A DNA stretch of 64,000 nucleotides from Rebecca billardiae RCC1528 (GCA_965240325.2 OZ251232.1:496001-560000), one strand, 5' to 3'. Positions 1 through 12,208 are shown, counted from the stretch's first letter. The notes: generated from the letters alone by a model not told the origin. Program-made: numbers and translations.

Positions 1-200
1 GGCGTTCCCGGGATCCTGCCACACGCTCCCGAAAAGCAAAGCCCCCCCTGGGGGGGCTTTGCCTTTTTCCGTATTCAATGTACCCGCTTCAAATGGACGA
101 AGCCCGTTCCAATAGGAAGACGGTTCAATTTGGCGTATGACCGATGCGGGGAACGCCCCTGAAGATAGTTCAGGAGATCTCCCGGACTCTCTCAACTGCC

Positions 201-1079
201 GTGACGAAACACAAGAAGTTGGTCCGCTGGGGCCGCGGGGCGCGATGGCAGCCGTGCCCCCGTGCGCTCGGGCGGCCACTTGCCCGCCGTGTGCGTGGCA
301 ATGTGCGCGTCAGCACCGGCTGAGACGTGCCTACGGGATGATATGGGCTATGAACGTCCCATCAGTGCGCTTGAATGACCGTGTTGCGCGCGCGTGATGC
401 AGTACGCGTGCACCGCTGTGCTTGTTCGCCCGTGCTCGTCGCTTGCGCCGAACGCGCGGCTGGCACGAGGTTGTGCTCGGTGAGCGAGTACCGACTTGGG
501 CCGTTGACGGCATGTACATGGCATCTGCCCTTGTTCCTGCCGCGCACCATCCCCTACAGCTGCATTCTCCCGAGGAGCACGCATGCCAAGCTGTCTCAAG
601 CATTATACCAATAGACAGGCCATTGCTGGCATTTGCTGCTCAATTTGAAATACCTTTGCGCGCGGAATACACCATGCAGCATGCGTGCTTCGAAGTGCCC
701 CGAAAGATGCGATGCGACGCTACCGTGGAGATGGTGAAGCGTTGAGAGAGCGGCATCATCTCACACAAACGCTTGGTGGCTTCAGTCAGTACTCGCTCAC
801 CGAGCACAACCTCGTGCCAGCCGCGCGTTCGGCGCAAGCGACGAGCACGGGCGAACAAGCACAGCGGTGCACGCGTACTGCATCACACGCGCGCAACACG
901 GTCATTCAAGCGCACTGATGGGACGTTCATAGCCCATATCATCCCGTAGGCACGTCTCAGCCGGTGCTGACGCGCACATTGCCACGCACACGGCGGGCAA
1001 GTGGCCGCCCGAGCGCACGGGGGCACGGCTGCCATCGCGCCCCGCGGCCCCAGCGGACCAACTTCTTGTGTTTCGTCAC
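201..1079. mobile_element. Foldback/MITE-like element with ~296-bp terminal inverted repeats
   Basis: 201-496 is the near-perfect reverse complement of 784-1079 (ends GTGAC...GTCAC; two mismatches seen). Unique spacer of ~287 bp; no transposase ORF. Confidence 0.75.
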
Positions 1080-1337
1080 CTCCCGGACTTTCTGCCCTGA
1101 ACTATCTTATTATTATCATGTGGGGAACTGGGGATCCATGATTGAGCCATATCATGAGCCATATCAACCACTCTGAACCACGACAAAATACCGCCTTGAA
1201 CAACACCTACACTCAACTTGAACATGTGATTCAGTCAGAGGGCAAGTTGCCACTGAAAACCAACCGACAAGAAATACTTTCTGGAACCTACCCTCGGTCG
1301 GCTTTTAGCTAAACCACATTTCTACCCACCCGGACTA

Positions 1338-1389
1338 CTGTCTCGCCTGCCCGAGGCCTGAGCTGTGTGCGTCTCTTATTCTTAGTAAA
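1338..1389 (-). repeat. Short dispersed repeat, also present downstream of the 5S gene
   Basis: 1356-1389 gcctgagctgtgtgcgtctcttattcttagtaaa is the exact reverse complement of 38733-38766; 1338-1351 resembles the reverse complement of 38764-38779. Confidence 0.8.
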
Positions 1390-1606
1390 CTGTACTCTGA
1401 TCCGACTCGGACCAGCCTCTGCCAACGGACTGTCGGTCGGTGTCCAACTCATAGTCATTAGTTGTCTGCATTGAGGGCATCCTCCGACCCGGCGAGCCCG
1501 ACCTCTGACCGACGGACTGCTAAGTACTGTATAGTAGGCTTAACTGTCCTCGATCTCGACGACAGCAGGACTTGCCATGCGGCCCGTGCCGGCCGATCGC
1601 TCCGCA

Positions 1607-4600
1607 TCAGAGGCTTAGCAGCGCACTCTCGCTCCCACGGCCTGCGGCTGCGCCGCGTCCGCGCGCCGCCTGCGGCTGGGCCGCGGCGGCGGCGGCGCCC
1701 GCACTGGCCGTCCGCGCGGCGCGCTCGCGCCACGGCTGCTCGTGCGCGTGCACGCGCAGCGCGCTCAGCGCGCGCAGGCCCGCTCGGCGCGCGCTTGGCG
1801 CCGCCAGTGCGCCGCCGACGGCAGCCGCCTCGCGCCATGCCGCCTCCGCCGCGCGCGCGTGCGCCAGCAGCCGCGCGCGGTGCAGGGCTCGGAGCGCGCG
1901 CGTCGCGCCGTGCGCGCGCCGCAGGGCGGCCGCGCGCGCGCTCAGCCGTGCCGCCGCGGCGCGTCCCCGCAGCGCGCTCAGCCCACGCCGAGCCCGGGCG
2001 GTCGTGCGCCCCCACTCCGCGCGCGCGCTCAGCCGCGCCGCCTCCGGCTCGACCGCGCCCGACGCCGCCTCCGCGCACCACGCGCACGCGAGGGCGGGCT
2101 CGAGCGCGGCAGCGCGCGCCGCGTCGATGGCGGCGTGCGCCTCGCGCCGCGCGCCCGCTGCCGTGCTCGTGAGCTGCGGCTCGTGCGAGGCGTGGCGTGC
2201 GGGGGGCTCGGCGCCGCCGGCGCTCAGAAGCGCGGCCGCGCCGGGCGCAGCCACCGCCACCAGCCTCGGTCCGATCAGCTCCAGTGCGCCCGCGCGCGCC
2301 GCCTGCAGACGCGCCGCGCGCGCAACCCACGAGCCGCGCGCGCGGCCGCCGCGCGCCGCCGCGCGCGCGAGCGGCTTGGCGGGCGCGGCCGCGCGCGGGG
2401 AGGCGTCGGCGGACAGCGCGCGCTCGCGTAGGATCGCCGGAGGGGGCGCCCAGCTCGGAGCCCCCAGCTCGCCGTCGCGCGGCGGCTGCGCCCAGACGGA
2501 CGGCGGATGCGGCGCGCCCCAGCGCGCGAGCGGCGGCGCCGACGCCGGCGGCCCGGGCGCCGGCCGCGGCCGCCGGGGCGGCGTCTGAGCAGAGGGCTCG
2601 CCGCCGGCAGGGGCCGCGCCATCATCTCCGGAGGAAGGCTGCGCGTCCGCGCGAGCCCGGCGTGTCGGCCCGGCCGCGCGCGCTCGGGCCGGCGCCGACG
2701 GCCGGCGGCACTCCTCCACCTCCCCTCGCCACGCCGCCGCCGCACCCGCCCCCTGCGGCCGTGCGGGCAGCTGCGCACGTGCGCTGTGCTCTGTGACACT
2801 GTGGACGGCGCCCAGCCTGGCTGCGCGCGCGCCGCACCCGCCGCACGCGCCGGCACCGAGCCACGCGGCCGGTGGCGAGTCTGGCGGGACGCTGGGCTGG
2901 CGGGACGGCGCAGTGGCCGGCGGTGCCGGCGGCGAAGGCAGCGGCGCGCTTGGCGGCGGGCTCGGCGCCGCCGAGGCCTGCCGCGCCGGCCGCTGCGCGG
3001 CTGGCGCGTCCGGCGCGCGCGTTGGCTGAGGCGGTGGCGGTGGCGGCGAGGAGGACGAGGCGCGCGGCGCCCCGCGCGCGGCCCGCGCGGACGGCGCCGC
3101 CCGCCCGTCCCAGCCCGCGCGCGCGCGCCCCGCGTGCGCCGAGCGGTCCGAGCGCGCGCGCTCTGCCGCGGCGGCGAGGGCACCGGCCGCGCCGCCGCGG
3201 GCGCCGAGCAGCTGAGGCAGGCTCGGCGTCGGCGGGGCGGGCGGCGATGCGCGCAGACGGCCGGGAGCGCCGCCGCGTGACGCGGCCGGGTGCGCCTCCG
3301 GCGTGCCCCAGCGCTCGGCTTCGCACGCGTCGCCATCCGCCCAGCGCACGCCGCCGCGCGCGCCCTCGCGCGCGCGCCGCGCCGCGCCGCGCGCCGCGCC
3401 GCCGGCAGAGTGCGCGCGCTGCGCCAGCGGCGCACGGCGTGCACGCATGGGCGTCGCCGCGTCCGGCTGGGCAGGCGCGGGGAGCTGCGCCGGCGCGGAC
3501 CGCGCTCGGCTCGCGCGCACGCGCGCGGCGGACGCGGCGGTGGCAAGCGCAGCGAGGCGCGCGGCAGCGGCCGCGCCGCCCGCCGGCTGAGCCGAGGGCG
3601 GCGCAGCGCGCGCGGCGCGCGGCGCGCCGCCTCGGCCGCGGTGCGCGAAGGGCGCATCAGCCAGCGCCAGCTGCGCGCCACGCGTGGCGTGCCAGGCAGG
3701 GCCGTGCAAGACGCCCGGCCCCGCGCGCGGCGACGCGCCCGCGTCCCACGCCGCGCTCGCCGCCGCCTCTCGCGCGCGCGCGCGCTCGGCCGAGGCCGCG
3801 TGCGCGCGCGCCACAGCGACACGGCGCGCGGCGCGCGCGGCCGCCAGGGCTGGGCTGTCCGTGCCGTCGGCGTCGGCGTCGGTGGCGGCGCTCGCGGCGG
3901 AGCGCGCGGCGAGCGCGCGTGCGCCGAGCCGCTCCGCCGGGCTGCGTGCCGGGCCATCGCGCCCGCCGCGCGTCTCTCGCACCGCCGGCCAGCCGGCGGC
4001 GGCGGCGGCGGCGGGCGGCGCGTCGGCGCGTCTGCTGCCGCAGGCGCGCAGCAGGCGCGCGCGCACGCGCGTGGTGGCCCCGCCGTGGCCGGCGGGAGGG
4101 CGGCGCAGGCGGGGCGAGGCGCTGCCCAGCGCGCGCGCCGCCCTGGCCACGTTGCGCAGCGCGGCGCCGCCCGCGGCCCCCTCCTCGGCCCCCGCCGCCG
4201 CCGCCGCTCGGCGCGCGCGCGCCGCCGCGCGCGGCCACGCGCGCGCGGGCGGCGCGGGCGGCGGGTGCGCGCGGTGGCGCGTGCGCACGTGCCATGCGCG
4301 CAGGCAGTCGCGCGCCGCGCCGCGCCGGCCGAGCACGCTGGCGATCCGCTGCACGTGCCGCGCGTACGCCGCGCCGCGCCACGCGTCGAGCGCGCGCACC
4401 GCGCCCAGCATCGCCACCAGCGCGCACGCGTGCGTGCGCACGCGCGCGCGCAGCCGCGCGCGCGCCCACCGCCGCCACGCGCCGCCGAGCGCGCCCGGCG
4501 GCGCGGCGCGCGGGCGCGCGAGGGCGCGCGGCGGCGACGCGAGGGCGGCGACGGCTGCGGCACGCGGGACGCCGAGCGGCTCGCTCGCAGCCGCCGGGCG

Positions 4601-4673
4601 CTGCGCCGAGCGCGCCGCGACGGGCCGCGCCCAGCACACCCCCTGCCGCGCGCCGCCGCCCTCCGCATCGGCG

Positions 4674-4719
<46 letters not shown>

Positions 4720-7700
4720 TGCCGCGGCGCTCGGCCGCGCCCGCCGACGCCGCCCGCGGCGCGGCGCCGCCCCTGCCGCTGCCCTGCGCCGCGTCGGCGT
4801 CGACGTGGTCGAATGGCCAGGCGAAGCGCGAGGGCGTTGCGCCGGGCGTGTGCCGTGCGCCGCGGCCAGAGCCCGCTCCGACGGGCGGCGACGGCGGCGC
4901 AGCCGCCGCCTCGCCGCGCGCGCCCGCCCCCGCCGCCGCCACTGGCACGGCGCGCGGCGGCAAAGCGCGCGCGGCCGCCGCCGCGTCAGCCGCACACCGC
5001 CCGCCGGACCGGGCGGCGAGCGCGCGGGCGGGTGTGCGCACAAGCGGGCTCGGCGTGCGCACGGGCGGGCTCGGCGTGCGCGCGGGCGGTGTGCCGCCGT
5101 CGCTGCCGCCACCCCCGCCGCCGCCCCTGCCCGCCCCCAGGCCGCCCGCCGCCAGCCGCAGCGCGGCGCAGGCGTGCGCGCCGTCCGCGAGCCCTGAGCG
5201 CGGCTGCGCACCGCCCGCGCCGCGCGCCGAGGCGTGGGCCGCGGCTCGCGCGGCCTCGCGCGCGCGCACGTGCGCCGCGAGCGCAAGCAGCGCAGTCCAC
5301 AGCCGCACACGCCGCTGCAACCGGCGGTGCGGCGATGCCACCCGGCGCAGCTCGCGCGCGAGCGCGCGCGCGCCGTGCGCGCGCCGCCAGCCGCGCCAGC
5401 CGGCGGCGAGCGCGGCCGCGGCGTGGAGCCATGCCGCCATCCGGACCGAGAGCTCGGCCGGACTGTGCGGCTGCTGGGCGGACGCGCCGTCGGCGGCGGT
5501 GGTCGCGCCGGCGGCGGAGGCGCCCCCGCTCCGAGCCGCGCCGGCGTGGCCCCCGCCGCAAAGCCCAAGCGCGGCGCTCACGCGCGCGGGCGCCGCCGCC
5601 GAGTGCGCGCGCGCCTGCGCCGACGCGGCCGCCACGCGCAGCGCACCGAGCGTGGCGCGCGCGCGCGGCGAAAGCGTCGGCGGCGAGGGCGGCTGCTGGG
5701 GCGCGGGGTGCGCTTCGCGACGCCGCGCCGGGCGCGCCGCGGCGAGCGCGAGCGCGTGCCGACGCTCCGCCGCCGCGCGCCGCTCGGCGAGCGCCGCCAC
5801 CAGCGCGCTCATGCTCCGCAGCTCGGCGCTGCCGCCGCACGCCGCGCGCGCGCTGCCGCGGCGTGGCCGTGCGCCGTGCTGCGCGCGCCCCTCCGCGCCG
5901 ACGCCGGCGGCAGCGGCAGCGGCTGCGGGCGGGGCGGGCGCGTCAGGCGCGACGCCGGCGGTGCGCTGCGCGCTCGCCGCCTCGGCGCACGCACCGGCGT
6001 CACCGGCGTCGGCCGCGGGCCCGGCGCGCACGCCGCCCTCCTCCTCCTCCTCCTCCACAGGGGCGGCGGCAGGGGCGGCGGCAGGGGCGGCGAGGTGCGC
6101 GGCTGCGCCCGCCGAGCGCGGCGGCAGCAGCAGCAGCAGCTGGCGATGGGCGTCCTGCGCGCGCGCGAGCGCGGCGGCCGCGCCGGCCGCGCCGGCGTGC
6201 CCCACCGGCCCGCTCTCGGGCCGCCCGCGCCACACCCTCTCCGCCGGGACACTTGGCCGAGCCGCATGGCGCGCGTGATGACCCGCATTACCCGCATTAC
6301 CCGCATTACCCGCGTGACCCGGCTGGGCGTGAGCGCGCGCACTCGGCGGCGTGGGCTGGCGCGGCACCGGGCGCGGGGGCGGGCTGCGGGCGCCGGCCGT
6401 GCGCGGGGCTGCGCCGTGCTCGAGCCCGGCGAGCCGCGCGCGCCACGCGCGCGCGGGCTCGTCGTGCACCGCGCGCCACGCGTGCAGAGCCGAGCGCGCG
6501 CGCCCTTGCTGCGCTGTCGCCGCGCACCGCGCCGCGGCCGGCGCGCCGCGCGCCGCGTGCAGGTGCAGCCCCGCGCGCGGCGGCGGCGTGCGCGAGCGGC
6601 GCGCGGGCCCCGGCGCCCCCGAGGCCTCGCGCGCGGCGTGCAGCCGCCCCGTGCTCGCCGCCCGCCGCTCCGCGCCAGCCACCGCCGCAGCCGCGCGCCC
6701 CTCGCCGGGCAGCGAGCGGGGTGGCCCGGCCGAGCGCGCCGCGGCCGCGCGGCGCGCAGTCGGGACGTGAGGCGAGCTCGGGCGCGCGCCCGCGCCGACG
6801 ACGGCTGCGCGGGCGCTCGAAGGGGCGGCTGGCGACCATCGGCGCGGCAGCTCGCGAGAGGCAGCTGCGCGCGCGCCTCCGTGCGCGCAGCTGGCCGCCG
6901 CGCCGGCCGCACGCGGCGTGGCGCCGCGCGGCGCCGCGCCCGCGCGCCACGCGCGCAGCGCCCGGCCAGCGCTCGGCGCGTGTGCAAGGAGCGTGCTGCG
7001 CCCGCCGCCCAGCAGCGCGTGGGCGAGCAGCGCGCGGAGCGCGCCGCGCACGCGCCGCAGCACGCGCCGAGCCCTCACGCCCGCGACCGCCTCGGCGCCG
7101 CGCAGCGCCGCGCGCAGCCGCCTCACGGCCGCCCGCAGCCCGGAGCGCCGAGCGGCCGCGCGCGCGACCGAGCTGAGCGCGCGCGCGCGCGCGCGCTCGA
7201 GGGCGGCGTGCGCGGCGCGCGTGCGCCAGGCACGGCACGCGCGCAGGCGCGCGCGCGCGTGCAGCGCTCGCGCGTGCGCCTCGGCGCCGCGCAGCAGCAG
7301 CGGCACCGCGCCGAGCGCCGCGTGCTCGCCCAAAGACACGGCGCCTCCGCCCGCGCGCCGAGCGTGTGCGGGGTGCGCGCGCTCGCGCCAGGCGCGCACG
7401 GCGAGCGTGAGGCGCACGCCGCGGAGGTGCGAGCACGCCATGCGCTCGTGCGCCCGCGCGCGCCTCCACGCCATCCACCGACGCACCGCCAGCGAGCGCG
7501 CGCGCACGGCGTGTAGCCGCGTGCCCGTGCGCACGTGCGCGCTGGCCGCGTCGAAGCTCGCGCCACGAGCGCGCCACCGTCGGATCGCGGAGGCGCGGAT
7601 GGTGGAGAGCATCGTGTGGTGCGCGTGTCCGAGCGCTCGGCCCTTCCCGTGCTCCCGCCGCCACGCGCGCAGCGCATGGCGTGCCCGCAGCACGCGCTGC

Positions 7701-7855
7701 GCGCGCAGCCGCCGGGTCTCCGCACCCGGCGGCCTCACGAGCTGCGATGCGGCGAACGCGACGGGGGCGCGGTGCGCGGACGAGGAGTGGGCGGCGTTCG
7801 CGTCGAGGTACGCGCGCAGCTCGGTCACCTCCGTCTGCACTGTGCCGCTGCCCAT
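1607..7855 (-). CDS. Large Ala/Arg-rich protein with Sfi1-like (centrin-binding-type) Trp repeats
   Basis: Open ~2080-codon frame from ATG 7855 (MGSGTVQTEVTELRAYLD). Periodic ALRAWRR, AIRRWR, LAVRAWRE, ALHAWR, ALDAWR, CLRAWH motifs are separated by low-complexity linkers. Hidden introns cannot be excluded. Confidence 0.5.
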
Positions 7856-8117
7856 TCGTGCGGCGCCCACGCGGGCGCGGGCGCGGCCGGCCAGGCGGGC
7901 GTGCTCACGGCCACCCTTTGAATCACGCGAGCGCCCGAGCCCGCCTCCGCGGCTTGCTTGCTGGTCCGGCCAACCGAGCGGGAGGGCGTGCGTACAGCCG
8001 TACACCCGTCCGTCCGGTGCTCCGGTGAAACAGGCAGTAGAAACCGCCTTTCTCGTCCTTTTGCATCCCGTTGCCTCCTGGCGGGTGTCCACCGCGACAC
8101 GCGAGAGGCGACCGGCC

Positions 8118-8939
8118 ATGCGCATCGCCTCACCGCGCCCGGCACCCGCGGTGGCGACGGGCAACTACGCCGTCGACTACGCGCCTCCGCGCAGCCCGCG
8201 CGTGGCGAACGCCAGCTCGGTGCTGCTCATCTCGCCGCGCGCGGTGCGCGAGCGCTCGAAGAGCCGGCTGCGCGAGTCTGCTGCCTTCAAGTCCGCATCC
8301 ACGCGCTTCCCAGTACACGGCCTCAGCTTCTCGGGTCCGGCGTACAACCCGCTCGACACGCCGAGCGTGGGCGCGTACTCGCCGCTCTTGCTGTCCGGAG
8401 GCCGTCCCGCCTCCATCGAGCTCTCGGCCGCCTCCCCCGAGCGGCGCGCGCTGCTGCTCGGAGACCAGGGCGGGCGGCTCGGCTCTCCCCGCGCGCCCTT
8501 CGGCTCGACGATGCCGCGGGGCGGATTCAGCGCCGTCGGGGGGCAGCTGTTCACGCGCGAGCAGCTCGACTCCCCCGGCCCGGCCGCGTACTCGCCCGCG
8601 GTGCACCCGCGCACGGGCCGCAGCCTCGCAGTGGGTGCCTCCGGGTACGAGAAGGAGGCGCTGAGGGCGGCCGGCCGGCTGGGTGGCTCTCACTCGGGGC
8701 CGCTGGGCGCGCTCGCGCGCCGACCGAGCTCGCCGGGCAGCCCGCGCGGAGGCGGGTGGGAGAATGCCGAGCTCAGCCCGACGGAGGTCCGCCGGCTCAC
8801 GACCGCCTTCCGCTCCACCTCCCCCGCGCGCCCGCCGCCCGCCCAGCTGGGAGCGCCCGGGCCGGGCGAGTACGAAGACGTCCTCACGCGCACCGGCTCG
8901 AGGCGGCAGATCTCCGAGTCGGCGTTCGAGCCCTTGTGA
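8118..8939 (+). CDS. ODF3/SHIPPO (sperm-tail PG-rich repeat)-like ciliary protein
   Basis: From ATG 8118: TPSVGAY, SPGPAAY and APGPGEY motifs plus AFKSASTRF, PFGSTMPR and AFRSTSPAR motifs typical of the family. Confidence 0.65.
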   Translation: MRIASPRPAPAVATGNYAVDYAPPRSPRVANASSVLLISPRAVRERSKSRLRESAAFKSASTRFPVHGLSFSGPAYNPLDTPSVGAYSPLLLSGGRPASIELSAASPERRALLLGDQGGRLGSPRAPFGSTMPRGGFSAVGGQLFTREQLDSPGPAAYSPAVHPRTGRSLAVGASGYEKEALRAAGRLGGSHSGPLGALARRPSSPGSPRGGGWENAELSPTEVRRLTTAFRSTSPARPPPAQLGAPGPGEYEDVLTRTGSRRQISESAFEPL

Positions 8940-9403
8940 TGGGCTGGCGATGTGGCGGTGTCGGCGGCGTCGGCATCGATGGCTTCCGACTTCACTCTTC
9001 AGTGACACTTGGCCCGCCCGGTCGCCCGGGCAGTCGGCGGTCGCGCGGGACTATCGTCAGGCGTGCCACGCACCAGGGCCCAGCGTGCCCCTCGGGCGGT
9101 GCGTTCCGCCGGCGCCGTTCAGACTTCACCGTAACGCAGTGGGCAGGGCGTGAGCCGTCGTGTTCGTGCTGTGCCGCTGCTTTTGACATCGGGCTGTCGT
9201 AGCCGTGGACTGCGGTCGAGTCCTTTCAGAAATCAGAGTTTCATCACTCCTTGAGGTGAGGCTGATGAGGCTCTACTGCTTGAAAGCTCCTCAGCTCCAT
9301 CAGCCAACGGCAGTTTCCCGGCAATCTCGAGGCCGCTTGTAATCATTGGCGACTGGCTTCGGACTGGCCGCTCCCGCATCCGCGTCCTACCCGCGCGCCG
9401 ACC

Positions 9404-9950
9404 ATGCCTAAGGCGGTGCTCAACGGCGAGGTGATCGCTGAGGCGGAGCAAACCGTGATGGTGGAAGGGGGGCACTATTTTCCACCCGACAGCATCAAGG
9501 TGTGAGCCAGCGAAAACTCGCAAGCACGCGCACTCCGTACGAGCTTGCGCGCGGGCCTGCTTTGCGCGCGCATCGTGCGACAGACTGAATCCCCGCCCTA
9601 AATGCGTGCATGCCCTGCCCCGCCTGCGCCACTCATCATGCCCACTGCAGAAGGAGCTCTTCACGCCCAACCCCAAAACGACCGTGTGCGGGTGGAAGGG
9701 CGTCGCCAACTGTGCGCGCGCGCGCGCGTGCGCACCCAGCAACGAGCTATTCGCGATTAGTGCCGCTTGCGCCCCAGCTGACGTCCGCTCCATCCCACGC
9801 CGCGCGGCGGGCACAGATTACGACGTGAAGGACCCGGCATCGGGAGAGGTGCAGAAGGCCCTCGCGTGGCAGTACAACCAGACAAAACCCGCTGCCTCGC
9901 ACTTCCAGTCATACATTGCCTTCTACCCTCCCGTCCGCGTGCAGCCATGA
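9404..9950 (+). CDS. DUF427 domain protein (exons 9404-9499, 9651-9711, 9817-9950)
   Basis: Spliced product MPKAVLNGEVIAEAEQTVMVEGGHYFPPDSIK-KELFTPNPKTTVCGWKGVAN-YYDV...AWQY...IAFY matches the DUF427 consensus; GT-AG introns keep the frame. Confidence 0.88.
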
Positions 9951-10447
9951 GCCCAGGCGGGCCAGAGGCCGACGCGCTGGCCCACGCGCTGCTTGCCTGT
10001 GCAACGCGGCGCAGGATGGGCACGGCAATCATAATGCCGATGGACATAAGAAGCAGCTTCGCCTCCAGCATGCGCGCGCTGGCGGCAGAACAGTGATGCT
10101 CATATTGTGTCAAGGGCGTGGTCTCAGCCCGCGCCGCTGATAATGAGCGCGTAACAGTCGTTGGCACCGCGAACGTCCGATGACTCGGACTCAGTCGTCT
10201 GCACTCGCGGAGCATTACTAAGATTGTGCACTGCTGCTGGCAGTGTCTGAGCAGGCTGGATTCAGCCTCAGGCGACCTAGCAGCAGTACTCATCGATCTG
10301 ACCGTACCGCCCGACTTGTGACCGGTCATGGAGCCGGATTGGCGGCGCCGGCGACGTCGCGCGCGATTCGTCGGTCGTCGTCCGAAAACGACACTCGCCT
10401 CGTCACTCGTGTGTGCAGTCCGAGTCCGAGCAGGAGAGTCGTCGGAC

Positions 10448-12208
10448 TCAGCCCCGCTCAGCGGCCTCAGCCGCGCGCCCCTCGGCCCGCTCGGCGAGGG
10501 AGCGGTTGGCGTTGCCGTTGAACAGCAGCACGGGCAGCAGGCAGCCGAACAGCGCCGTGCCCATGATGAAGAGCCGCGGGCGCGAGGCGAAGCCGCCGCA
10601 CTCGTCCCCCTGCGCCTCGAGCAGCAGCTGCAGCGCAAACGTGAAGAAGATCTGCAGCACGTTGGACGAGGTGAAGAGCAGCGCCGCGGGCGCGTCCGCG
10701 GGCGCGGGGTACGCCTCCTCGACCGCGTTGGCGATCAGCGCGGGGAGCGCGGCGACCAGCCACGCGCCGAGGAAGGCCGCGCTGCCGAGCAGCTCGCCGA
10801 GCGCGGCGGGGCGCATCGCGCGGAAGAAGAGCACCCCGGCGAAGCTCGCGCCCACCGCCACGACGCGCAGGCTCGCCTTGTACGCGCCGGTCGCGTCGAG
10901 CACGCGGCCGATCGCGAGCGCGCCGCCTGCGCCCGCCAGCATGAAGAGACCCGACGCGTCGCCCGCTGCGGAGGGTGCGTAGCCGCACTTCTCCACCATC
11001 TGGCCGAGGAGCGTCATGATCGCGGCCGCGACGCCCAGGCCGACGTTGAACGCGAGGAGCAGCAGGAGGAACTGCGGCCGGCGCAGCAGCGTGCCCCACA
11101 GCGCCAGCGTGCTGCCGGCGCCGCCGCCGCCGCCGTCGCCGCCGCCGCCGCCGCCGACCGCGGCTGCCGCGCCGCCGCCGCCCTCGCCGCCCTCGCGCGG
11201 GCGGGCAGTGTGCCCGGGCGGGACGGGCTCTGCCGCGTGCGCCGCCATGCTGAGCATCTCGCTGCTCGCGCTCTCGCCCTCGCCGCCCACGCCCACGCCG
11301 CTCGCCGCCCCCGGCGCGCCGCCGCCGGCCGCCGACTCGTCCTCAGTCTCCCAGCCCGTGGCCGCGTGCGCGGCCTGCGGCGTTTCGGCCGTGGCGGCGG
11401 CGTGCGCGCGCGAGGCTGCGCGCGCGGCGCCGGACGGCGGCGTGGGCGGCGACGACTCGAACGCGATGAGCGCCCACATCCCGAGCGCAGCCGCGAGCGC
11501 GAGCTGCATCATCAGCAGCGCGGTCGTCCCGTCCGCCGCCGAGCCCGTCACGAGCGTGCCGGCGAGCGCCGAGCCCGCGCCCTGGCCGAGGAGGGAGGAG
11601 AGGGTGCCGATGGCCATCGCGGCCTCGCGGCCGGACGGGTCGAACCAGTTCTCCGCGACCACCGCCGGCAGGTTGAGGAACACCGGCGCCGCGAGCGAGG
11701 CGAGCGTCTGCCCGCCCGCGAGCACGGCAAAGCCCGTGTGTGCCGACACCCTCGGCCGCACCAGCCCGTCGGCGGCGACGCGCACGAGCGCGCCGAAGGC
11801 CTGGGCGGCCGAGGCGCAGAGGACGGCGCGTCTGAGCCCCGACGTCGCGAGCACGCGCGCGCACAGCCACGCGCCGGGCATGAAGAGCGCAGCCGCGCTC
11901 GTGTTGAGCGCCGTGATCGCAATCACAGACACGCCGTATCGCGCGGCGGTGCTGTCGGCCGTGGGCGCGAAGGAGAGCCACATCGCCTGGTTGATGAAGG
12001 CGAGGGACGAGTAGATGGCTAGCATGTGGTAGCGACGCGGGTACACGCGAAACGCGGCTGGAGGCGTGGCCGCGCGCTGCGGCGGGGCTGGCAGCGCGGC
12101 GGCGGGCGCGGCCGGCATGCCCTCCTCCTCATCGGCCGTGCCTGGCTCCGCGCGGAGCAGGCTCTCGCGCAGAGCGGCGCGCTGGGGCGCGCCTCCCAGC
12201 TCGCCCAT
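10448..12208 (-). CDS. MFS transporter, FLVCR/SLC49 family
   Basis: FRVYPRRYHMLAIYSSLAFINQAMWLSFAP, GQTLASLAAPVFLNLPAVVAENWF, AVEEAYP; about 12 hydrophobic segments. Confidence 0.85.
   Translation of the reverse strand: MGELGGAPQRAALRESLLRAEPGTADEEEGMPAAPAAALPAPPQRAATPPAAFRVYPRRYHMLAIYSSLAFINQAMWLSFAPTADSTAARYGVSVIAITALNTSAAALFMPGAWLCARVLATSGLRRAVLCASAAQAFGALVRVAADGLVRPRVSAHTGFAVLAGGQTLASLAAPVFLNLPAVVAENWFDPSGREAAMAIGTLSSLLGQGAGSALAGTLVTGSAADGTTALLMMQLALAAALGMWALIAFESSPPTPPSGAARAASRAHAAATAETPQAAHAATGWETEDESAAGGGAPGAASGVGVGGEGESASSEMLSMAAHAAEPVPPGHTARPREGGEGGGGAAAAVGGGGGGDGGGGGAGSTLALWGTLLRRPQFLLLLLAFNVGLGVAAAIMTLLGQMVEKCGYAPSAAGDASGLFMLAGAGGALAIGRVLDATGAYKASLRVVAVGASFAGVLFFRAMRPAALGELLGSAAFLGAWLVAALPALIANAVEEAYPAPADAPAALLFTSSNVLQIFFTFALQLLLEAQGDECGGFASRPRLFIMGTALFGCLLPVLLFNGNANRSLAERAEGRAAEAAERG

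Noticed and set aside
36-62. Perfect 13-bp palindrome gcaaagccccccc-t-gggggggctttgc followed by Ts, like a bacterial intrinsic terminator
   Set aside because: Eukaryotic nuclear context and no upstream gene visible; it may be a TE-end hairpin but cannot be assigned at the window edge.
2275-7516. Very long overlapping ORFs (e.g. 2872-7176 +, 2275-5568 -)
   Set aside because: Arg/Ala/Pro-only shadow frames expected from stop-codon scarcity at this GC content; no motifs.
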